DNA of 64,000 nucleotides from Patescibacteria group bacterium (GTDB lineage Bacteria; Patescibacteriota; Minisyncoccia; Phycocordibacterales; UBA918): NCBI GenBank assembly GCA_019752815.1, contig JAIELQ010000005.1, positions 140,816 to 204,815 of the forward strand, read 5' to 3'. Shown piece by piece: positions 57,703 to 64,000 of this stretch (position 1 is its first letter; each line of letters starts with the position of its first letter). The notes under the pieces were generated by a model. It saw only the letters and a program-made list of their open reading frames with translations, ran no database searches and was not told where the DNA came from. The position numbers and the translations under genes were made by a program.

Positions 57703-58131
57703 CTAAAGTATTTTTTTAACTCCCGATTTTTTCTTACTGTCTACAGGTTTTGTTTCGAGCTCAAGTATCTCATTGTAGATAGCCTGAAGGTCTGCAAGGA
57801 TGTTATGGTCTTGCGGTTTCGATTTATATTTGGCTGGGACTCTTGTGTTTACGCTTGCACCAAAGCGTGCGAACAATTGTTCAAAAAATGATGTTTCAAC
57901 TCGTTTCGTACCTGTGTAGTAGGTTGATCCACGCCAGCAGATACCGTCTTCGGTGAAGGTGATGAACCATGAAGTACGTGGTATGGCTACAGGTTTCTGC
58001 AACTTCGCTACTATTTTTAATAGCAAATCAAGTTCACGTATCGTCAAGGTGGGCTGATCTTGAATTGAGGTTATTTTATTGAGACATTTAAATGTCATCG
58101 AATCTTCGGCAGTTGTTTCTGCATGTGCCAT
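57703..58131 (-). CDS. Hypothetical protein (142 aa)
   Basis: No recognisable motif. Confidence 0.4.
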   Translation of the reverse strand: MAHAETTAEDSMTFKCLNKITSIQDQPTLTIRELDLLLKIVAKLQKPVAIPRTSWFITFTEDGICWRGSTYYTGTKRVETSFFEQLFARFGASVNTRVPAKYKSKPQDHNILADLQAIYNEILELETKPVDSKKKSGVKKIL

Positions 58132-58203
58132 TGTGATACTCCAGATTGAACTAAGCTTGCGCTATTAAACCATAAATTCACAAAATAACAATGATGCGTA
58201 AAC

Positions 58204-58227
58204 AAAAAACTCCAGAAGGAGTTTTTT
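58204..58227. terminator. Terminator palindrome (family copy 2)
   Basis: AAAAAACTCC-AGAA-GGAGTTTTTT. Confidence 0.65.
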
Positions 58228-58228
58228 G

Positions 58229-58798
58229 TTAGAAAAGTTGGCGCAATTCTTCTAAAGGTAAATCTGGATTTTTTAGTATGGCATCGTATATATCCACTGA
58301 TTCAAAATCCTTTCCAACTCCATAGCGTCCCCCAGCGATAAGCTCCTCTTTCATAGTTAGTACTAAAATTCGGTTTTGTTCTGATAGTTTTGTTAGTGTC
58401 TCATCATAGCGGAAAATTTTGGGATTAACCCACGCTGGTTTTTGTAGCCAGATATCACATGACCACTCAAAATATTCTGTATGAATTGTTGGCGATACCC
58501 AGTAACCAGTAGGTCTGTCTCCGCTATTTTTATGTGGGAAACTAACCCGATCTCCTGTTTTAAGTTTTGATACAGTGTCGAGGTTTAGTAATTCAGTACA
58601 TAAATTAACATACATTTGTTTTGAGATGTCTTCATTTATGACATATATGTCAATATCAGGATGGTAAAGTAATTTATAAAGATAGCTACCGTTAACTTCT
58701 ACGTTTCCATATTTAGATAATATCGGAAGTATTGTATTTTTCAGGAGTTGAGTTGCATCAGTATGTAACTGATCTTGCTTTATAAGAAGTGGGTGCAT
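58229..58798 (-). CDS. Nucleotidyltransferase-fold protein (Pol-beta superfamily minimal NTase)
   Basis: NGSYLYKLLYHPDIDIYV matches hG[GS]-x9-13-Dh[DE]h. Confidence 0.5.
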   Translation of the reverse strand: MHPLLIKQDQLHTDATQLLKNTILPILSKYGNVEVNGSYLYKLLYHPDIDIYVINEDISKQMYVNLCTELLNLDTVSKLKTGDRVSFPHKNSGDRPTGYWVSPTIHTEYFEWSCDIWLQKPAWVNPKIFRYDETLTKLSEQNRILVLTMKEELIAGGRYGVGKDFESVDIYDAILKNPDLPLEELRQLF

Positions 58799-58878
58799 GT
58801 TTGAAATTATATCAGATTAAACTATTACGTGGATTGCCGCGTCGCAAGCTCCTCGCAATGACAAATGTTTAGACAAAC

Positions 58879-58902
58879 AAAAAACTCCCGAAGGAGTTTT
58901 TT
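58879..58902. terminator. Terminator palindrome (family copy 3)
   Basis: AAAAAACTCC-CGAA-GGAGTTTTTT. The 30-nt context AAACAAAAAACTCCNGAAGGAGTTTTTTGT is shared with the copy at 58204, with 1 mismatch. Confidence 0.65.
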
Positions 58903-59073
58903 GTGTCTAGCGCTTCGATAAGGAAACGATATATTTTGACGATTTTTATCGTTTTGTCACGAATCACTAAGTATATTATTTCGCTACGCTCATAATCTAC
59001 TAAGTGTTCTCGACCCCGGCTCGCGGTTTCTTTTCTGGGAGGAAAAGAAACATCGCTGCGCCTTCAAAGCACG

Positions 59074-59102
59074 AAAAAAGGCCCCGCAGGGGGCCTTTTT
59101 GT
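59074..59102. terminator. Bidirectional terminator after rpsI
   Basis: AAAAAAGGCCCC-GCAG-GGGGCCTTTTTG. Confidence 0.7.
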
Positions 59103-59510
59103 CTAGCGCTTTGACCAGGCCGGTCGTTTGCGAGCTTTTAGTAGGCCGAATTTCTTTCGTTCCACTGAACGTGGATCTCGTTTGAGGAAGCCAGCTTTTT
59201 TAAGTTCAATGCGGCGATCAGCTTTTTCTTTTACCAGTGCGCGAGCGATTCCGAGACGGATAGCTTCGGCTTGTGAAGAGGTACCACCACCGAGAACTTT
59301 GGCAGTAATGGTGTAATGTTCAATACCAGCATCTTTTGTATCTAAAACTGATTGTACATCCTTGTGGAGTGATACGTGCGGGAAGTAATCAGTGAGTTTT
59401 TTATCGTTAACAATGATAGTTGTTTCTTTGGCCGGTGTAAGGCGGACACGAGCAGTAGAAGTCTTGCGACGTCCAATGGCTTCGATGTAGCGGGTTGATG
59501 TAGTTGCCAT
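59103..59510 (-). CDS. rpsI: 30S ribosomal protein S9
   Basis: C-terminal ...KARKRPAWSKR; 135 aa. Confidence 0.92.
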   Translation of the reverse strand: MATTSTRYIEAIGRRKTSTARVRLTPAKETTIIVNDKKLTDYFPHVSLHKDVQSVLDTKDAGIEHYTITAKVLGGGTSSQAEAIRLGIARALVKEKADRRIELKKAGFLKRDPRSVERKKFGLLKARKRPAWSKR

Positions 59511-59511
59511 A

Positions 59512-59874
59512 TTATTCAGTGATTACCAGGTTCTTAAGCATTGGCTTTTTGAGCTTGGTGTTAGCAAGCATACCAGCGATGGTTCGTTCAACAACTACTT
59601 TGTAGCCGAGGCGGTTTCCAAGGTGGTCAAGCGTTTCAGTCTTTCGTCCTCCTGGGTACCCAGAATAAGATTGATAGATTTCAGTCTTTTTCTTTTCAGG
59701 AATGTCCATTTTTGAAACATTCGTGATGGAAACAGTCACCGGCGCAACGAGGTTCTTAACAAAGTCAGGCTGGTCTTTCCCGAGGAGTACTCGAGCCGCT
59801 TCTGTCGCAACAATTCCCAACCGCTTGCCAGCGGCGTCAATTGTGTGAACGCGGTTTTGTGTTTTAGTGTCCAT
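59512..59874 (-). CDS. rplM: 50S ribosomal protein L13
   Basis: ...TIDAAGKRLGIVATEAARVLLGK... Confidence 0.9.
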   Translation of the reverse strand: MDTKTQNRVHTIDAAGKRLGIVATEAARVLLGKDQPDFVKNLVAPVTVSITNVSKMDIPEKKKTEIYQSYSGYPGGRKTETLDHLGNRLGYKVVVERTIAGMLANTKLKKPMLKNLVITE

Positions 59875-59882
59875 AAATAATG

Positions 59883-60239
59883 TTATTCTACAAATTCAAT
59901 TACTGCTTCGTCACGTCCGGCGGGAGTTCGTCCCATTTTAATAATCCGGGTATAGCCACCGTTTCGGGTTGCAAACTTCGGAGCGATTTCTTCAAACATT
60001 TTAGTGATTACCTTGGCTGCTGGTTCACCGAGTCGACTCGCCACAATGCGGCGTGCTGCCACGGTGTTCTTTTTACCATGCGACACGAGGCGTTCAACAA
60101 ATGGTCGGAGTTCTTTTGCTTTGGCTTCAGTGGTCTTGATTTTGCCGTCACGAATAAGTGAGACTGCAAGTCCGCGTACCAAGGCGGTTCGCTGTGAGCG
60201 AACACGTCCAAATTTTCTGTTTTTATTACCGTGTACCAT
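59883..60239 (-). CDS. rplQ: 50S ribosomal protein L17
   Basis: MVHGNKNRKFGRVRSQRTALVRGLAVSLIRDGKIKTT. Confidence 0.92.
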   Translation of the reverse strand: MVHGNKNRKFGRVRSQRTALVRGLAVSLIRDGKIKTTEAKAKELRPFVERLVSHGKKNTVAARRIVASRLGEPAAKVITKMFEEIAPKFATRNGGYTRIIKMGRTPAGRDEAVIEFVE

Positions 60240-60243
60240 ATAA

Positions 60244-61200
60244 TTATTCGCCTAGATTTAGACCCATAGTCTCAAGAAGTGAGACAATTTCGTCAACACC
60301 CTTTGGTCCAATACCGTCGAGCGCTAGAATATCATCTTTTGACTTTCGCACAAGCCCTCCAACAGTTCGGATAGAAGCTGCTTCCAAGGCGGCGAGAGTT
60401 CGCGTAGAAAGTTCAAGTGTTTCGATACGTGTTTTGAGGACTTCGGTATCAGGAGTAGTTGACTCACTTGCCTTCTCTATTTCGGCCACAACTGGAGTGT
60501 GATTCTGGTCTTGGAAGCCAATAATAGCTTTCAATTGATGAATCATGATTTCGATTGAGTTTTCAAGCGCTGCTCGTGGAGTGATTGTGCCATCAGTTTC
60601 AATACTGAGGCGAAGACGATTGTAGTCTGTTCGGTCACCTACACGCATGTTTTCTACTTCGTAGTTAGCGCGACGGATTGGTGTGAATACCGCATCGAGA
60701 GCAATTGTTCCGATTTCAACTTTGTCTTTTTGGTGGATTTCGCGTGGTACGTATCCTAAGCCCCGTTCAATGGTAATCGCCATATCGAGAACTGCTGTTT
60801 TGGCAGTTAATTCAGCGATGTGCTGAGTTGGGTTTAAGATTTCTACTTGTGAAGGACAGGTGATGTCGGCAGCGGTCACGATACCAGCACCTGATTTCTT
60901 GAGATGAATTGTCATTGGTTCTTCACCGTGGAGCTGAAAACGAACTCGTTTAAGGTTTAAAAGAAGTGTAATAACATCTTCGTTCATTCCAGAAATAGTT
61001 GAGAACTCATGTTGTACGCCTTCGATTTTAACTTGCGTTACCGTAGCTCCGGGAAGTGACGCGAGAATAATTCGGCGGAGTGAGTTTCCAAGGGTGTGAC
61101 CATATCCTGGGAAAAGACCATCGATTTCGTAGACGCCATGGAATTCTGCCTCAGATACAACGCGTGGCTTTGACGGTAGTGTGACATTTGTTTCTAACAT
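60244..61200 (-). CDS. rpoA: DNA-directed RNA polymerase subunit alpha
   Basis: N-terminal dimerisation domain (...LGNSLRRIILASLPGA...), and a C-terminal alpha-CTD (...LELSTRTLAALEAASIRTVGGLV). Confidence 0.95.
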   Translation of the reverse strand: MLETNVTLPSKPRVVSEAEFHGVYEIDGLFPGYGHTLGNSLRRIILASLPGATVTQVKIEGVQHEFSTISGMNEDVITLLLNLKRVRFQLHGEEPMTIHLKKSGAGIVTAADITCPSQVEILNPTQHIAELTAKTAVLDMAITIERGLGYVPREIHQKDKVEIGTIALDAVFTPIRRANYEVENMRVGDRTDYNRLRLSIETDGTITPRAALENSIEIMIHQLKAIIGFQDQNHTPVVAEIEKASESTTPDTEVLKTRIETLELSTRTLAALEAASIRTVGGLVRKSKDDILALDGIGPKGVDEIVSLLETMGLNLGE

Positions 61201-61235
61201 AATGTGTGAAAATTACTTTTATAAACCGCGGTATC

Positions 61236-61841
61236 CTATCGACTGTAGTACTCAAGCACTTGTTCAGGATCAAACATGAAGTCGGTTGCTTGGTAGGTCG
61301 GTGTACCAGACACTGTGCCACGCATTGTTTTTACATCAAAACTAAGCCATGAAGGAACACTCGTTGCTTCGTGGGTGTCAGCAAGAAGTGTGAATAATCC
61401 TGTTGCCTTACTGCCCTCGCGAACAGTAATAACATCGTTTGGAGAAACTTTGTGAGATGGAATATCGAGACGACGACCATTAACATAAATGTGACCGTGG
61501 TTTACCATTTGGCGGGCAAAACGACGTGTTTTAGCGAGACCAAGACGGTAGACAACGTTATCGAGACGTGATTCCAATCGTTCAATCAAGAGGGCAATTG
61601 GTTGGTGACTCTTGGTTGAAGCTTCAGCCACGTAACGACTGAGTTGTTTTTCACTAATACCATAGGTAAAACGCATCTTTTGTTTTTCGATAAGTTGCTT
61701 TTTGTAGTCACTCGCCATGCCACCTCGCTTGCGCACGCGACCTTGTTTAGCCTGAGAAATAGCAAACTTAGCAGTTTGTGTCTTTTCAAAGATTGGGGCG
61801 CCAAGACGCTTGGCAATTTTGTATTTAGGACCGATTTTCAT
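61236..61841 (-). CDS. rpsD: 30S ribosomal protein S4
   Basis: ...YGISEKQLSRYV..., with the S4 RNA-binding domain. Confidence 0.92.
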   Translation of the reverse strand: MKIGPKYKIAKRLGAPIFEKTQTAKFAISQAKQGRVRKRGGMASDYKKQLIEKQKMRFTYGISEKQLSRYVAEASTKSHQPIALLIERLESRLDNVVYRLGLAKTRRFARQMVNHGHIYVNGRRLDIPSHKVSPNDVITVREGSKATGLFTLLADTHEATSVPSWLSFDVKTMRGTVSGTPTYQATDFMFDPEQVLEYYSR

Positions 61842-61852
61842 ATAATAATAAA

Positions 61853-62284
61853 TTAGATACGTCGTGGCTTAGGTGGACGAGTACCGTTAAATGGTACCGG
61901 TGTCATATCGACAATTTTAGTAATACCAATGCCTTTTCCAGAAAAAGCACGCAACGCTGATTCACGTCCAGCTCCTACGCCGCGGACTACTACTTCGGCA
62001 TCCTTCATACCCATTTGTTGGGCTTTTTCACCGATGATTTCTCCTACCTTGGCAGCAGCAAACGGTGTACTCTTGCGAGAGCCTTTAAATCCGAGCGCTC
62101 CACTTGATGCACTCATAACTGCGTTACCTTTTGGATCGCAGAGTGTTAATAGTGTGTTGTTAAAAGTAGCCAAAATGTTGAGGCGCCCTGCTGGCACTTT
62201 TCGTTTTGGAATACGATTCAGTGCGCGAGAACTACCCGCGATATCTGAACCCCCACTCTTCTTCATGATACGTTTCTTACCCAT
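61853..62284 (-). CDS. rpsK: 30S ribosomal protein S11
   Basis: ...GFKGSRKSTPFAAA...GIGITKIVDMTPVPFNGTRPPKPRR. Confidence 0.92.
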   Translation of the reverse strand: MGKKRIMKKSGGSDIAGSSRALNRIPKRKVPAGRLNILATFNNTLLTLCDPKGNAVMSASSGALGFKGSRKSTPFAAAKVGEIIGEKAQQMGMKDAEVVVRGVGAGRESALRAFSGKGIGITKIVDMTPVPFNGTRPPKPRRI

Positions 62285-62313
62285 ATGTCGTTACGTGTTG
62301 ATTAATAATAATT

Positions 62314-62691
62314 TTAAGTCTTTTCGAGCTTACGACGTCCACTACCCATCGTCTTCTTTGCACCCTTGAGTGTTCGGGCGTTAGTTTTTGTTCGTTGACC
62401 ACGAGTTGGTAAACGCTTGGCGTGGCGAGATCCACGGTATGATGAAATGTCCTTGAGACGTTTAATGTTAGCAGCGATAGAACGTTTTAGTTCACCTTCG
62501 ATAGTGAACGCTTCAACACTTTCACGAACTGCATTTTCTTGTTCAGTTGAAAGCGTGGTTGGCTTGGCAGTAGCTTCAATGTTGTGTGAAGCTAGGATTT
62601 CTTTTGCACGAGATAGACCAATACCATATACAGCGGTGAGGCCATAGGCTAATTGTTTATCGTCGGGGATGTTGATACCTGAAATACGCAT
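62314..62691 (-). CDS. rpsM: 30S ribosomal protein S13
   Basis: MRISGINIPDDKQLAYGLTAVYGIG... Confidence 0.92.
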   Translation of the reverse strand: MRISGINIPDDKQLAYGLTAVYGIGLSRAKEILASHNIEATAKPTTLSTEQENAVRESVEAFTIEGELKRSIAANIKRLKDISSYRGSRHAKRLPTRGQRTKTNARTLKGAKKTMGSGRRKLEKT

Positions 62692-62702
62692 ACTTATACT
62701 GA

Positions 62703-62819
62703 TTACCCTTGTCGCTGCTTATGGCGAGGTTTCTTTTTATTAATAACAAACACAACACCACGTCGTTTGACGATGATATCATCTGGACTCATTTTTTTAA
62801 CTGATGATCGTACTTTCAT
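62703..62819 (-). CDS. rpmJ: 50S ribosomal protein L36, zinc-independent (C-minus) form. The ORF-track ORF extends upstream; the true start is MKVRSS.
   Basis: [38 protein letters not shown]. Three of the four zinc ligands of canonical L36 (CxxC...C...H) are replaced; only the His is kept. Confidence 0.8.
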   Translation of the reverse strand: MKVRSSVKKMSPDDIIVKRRGVVFVINKKKPRHKQRQG

Positions 62820-62829
62820 GGTGTGATAT

Positions 62830-63054
62830 TTATAGTCGCTTACTAATCCGTGCTTTTCCGCCGTAGGGGTCGATAACCATACCGACCTTGTCTCCAACGA
62901 GCACTCTAATTCTAAAACGTCGCATCTTACCGGCAAGATAAGCAATTTTTGATTCCCCGGTGTCATCTAAGATGACACGGAAAAGAGCATTTGGGAGGGC
63001 CTCCTCCACAACGCCATATGCTAACTCGTCTTTTGTCGATTCTTGCTGGTCCAT
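62830..63054 (-). CDS. infA: Translation initiation factor IF-1
   Basis: ...[37 protein letters not shown] (S1-like OB fold). Confidence 0.88.
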   Translation of the reverse strand: MDQQESTKDELAYGVVEEALPNALFRVILDDTGESKIAYLAGKMRRFRIRVLVGDKVGMVIDPYGGKARISKRL

Positions 63055-63102
63055 TACGCGAGGGTGAGTGTAACAAATTAATGTGACACAGTCAATACAC
63101 CA

Positions 63103-63936
63103 CTACGGCTGTGGTGTTGATAGTTCTTCTTTTATCGTGATGTCATTGAGGGTTGTGGGGAAACTACGCTTCCAAAATGGTCTCACTTCAACTTCACCCC
63201 GTTCAATACCTGTGTAATTACCCATAACTTGAGTAAAGGCAGTCTTTTCTTTGCCGAGTAGTTCTGTCTTCATACGTTCTCCGTCAAAGGTCCAGACAAT
63301 CTTTGGAACACCGGCTATTTTAAAGGTTAATGATGGTTCATTGGCGATGTTTGATTGACTGGTGGTTGCGTTTACGTAGGCAAAGGTAAGGTTTTCAAGG
63401 TTATCAATTCGGACTGGTTCATCTTCGTAACCAACAATTGTTTCTTTAGCAATAAACTTGGCAAAATCTTCTTTTTTAAAGAGTGGTATCTGAAGAACGG
63501 CTTGTTCCTTAATCGTTACCAAATCATCACCGTATTGTGTCGGTGGGAGTGGATTGTACGTGATGGCAATTGAGTCAGCAAAACTCGTAAAATCCGCTGG
63601 ACTTTCAGCCTTGATTTTAGCGAGCAAAGCATTGCGTAGTTCAAGCTGCAGTGACTGCCGAGCAGTACTTAATTCGGCTTCATTAATAATAAATTTTGGT
63701 CCGTTAAATCCATCGACAAATGCAGCGGTATTTTTAGCTGAAATAGCATTAAATAAGTCAGTAAATCCTCCCTCTTTAAATCCAGGTACCGTGAGTGGAG
63801 TATTTGCTGGAATATTATGTTTTTCACCAGCTTCGTCGGCGAACACTTGGGCTCGGATAACCCCTGGCACCGGTTTACCATCAGTGCCATTTACTGCTCC
63901 AGGCACTACTACTGATTCTTGTATACGAAATACCAA
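63103..63936 (-). CDS. Hypothetical protein (277 aa or longer) at the head of the ribosomal cluster
   Basis: No motif recognised. It occupies the position where map/adk/secY are usually found upstream of infA. Confidence 0.4.
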   Translation of the reverse strand: MVFRIQESVVVPGAVNGTDGKPVPGVIRAQVFADEAGEKHNIPANTPLTVPGFKEGGFTDLFNAISAKNTAAFVDGFNGPKFIINEAELSTARQSLQLELRNALLAKIKAESPADFTSFADSIAITYNPLPPTQYGDDLVTIKEQAVLQIPLFKKEDFAKFIAKETIVGYEDEPVRIDNLENLTFAYVNATTSQSNIANEPSLTFKIAGVPKIVWTFDGERMKTELLGKEKTAFTQVMGNYTGIERGEVEVRPFWKRSFPTTLNDITIKEELSTPQP

Positions 63937-64000
63937 CCCATCAGCGGTAGCAAAGCGGGTGTTCTTGATGAGTCGTTCTGCTCCCGGTGTTGATTTTGAG

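Noticed and set aside
58903-58917. Possible rpsI 3'-end pseudogene fragment (TCTAGCGCTT encoding SKR*)
   Set aside because: Only about 12-16 nt of identity, partly explained by the shared terminator context; too short to call a pseudogene.
1-64000. CRISPR arrays or cas genes
   Set aside because: No regularly spaced direct repeats were seen. The only recurring palindromes are terminator or REP-like hairpins at irregular positions.

Overview
The window reads as an AT-rich, gene-dense bacterial chromosome segment with short intergenic spacers and few Shine-Dalgarno sequences. It resembles a small-genome Patescibacteria/CPR-like lineage; that is an inference, supported by an archaeal-type AspRS, a zinc-free L36 and many small secreted hypothetical proteins.

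Recognisable core content:
- **Start of window:** ung (truncated at the edge), a Nudix hydrolase, a DEDD exonuclease, a LOG-family protein and a ROK kinase.
- **Chaperones:** groES-groEL, and grpE-dnaK-dnaJ.
- **Cell envelope cluster (minus strand):** D-Ala-D-Ala carboxypeptidase, mraY, ftsW, murG, gltX, an M23 peptidase and an LD-carboxypeptidase.
- **Chromosome and translation:** scpB and scpA, pepA, a type-2 aspS carrying a T-box leader, trpS, typA, htpX, msrA and tRNA-Ser(GGA).
- **Ribosomal/RNAP cluster at the 3' end:** infA, rpmJ, rpsM, rpsK, rpsD, rpoA, rplQ, rplM and rpsI.
- **Other conserved genes:** a LemA...DUF2207 cluster, an ECF-like sigma factor with a downstream membrane protein, a Xer-like tyrosine recombinase, a CYTH protein, an EVE protein and a GIY-YIG protein.

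Most notable region: a roughly 10-kb minus-strand array at 42.4-52.5 kb with 3-111 nt spacers, bounded upstream by an IS200-like/RAYT transposase flanked by palindromic hairpins, with the T-box-aspS unit immediately downstream. In upstream-to-downstream order it holds:
- a membrane protein, an AstE/AspA-family hydrolase, a BtpA-family protein and a P-loop kinase;
- two paralogous Trp-rich polytopic membrane proteins, one of them in a GC-rich block;
- a SET-domain protein;
- two tandem [small TM peptide + multi-TM histidine kinase] modules, the first overlapping the SET operon by ATGA;
- a HIT-like protein and trpS.

Other points worth a second look:
- a GC-rich, terminator-capped non-coding island splitting scpA from scpB, a candidate structured RNA;
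- a T-box leader in front of the archaeal-type aspS;
- a tRNA-like fragment with a 3'-end duplicate next to tRNA-Ser;
- an OmpR-family regulator lacking the phosphoacceptor Asp, paired with a stand-alone winged-helix protein;
- a recurring family of near-identical terminator palindromes, two of which flank a nucleotidyltransferase gene.

No CRISPR array and no CIRCE/HrcA operator were seen. All calls come from reading the sequence and translations; no database searches were run.
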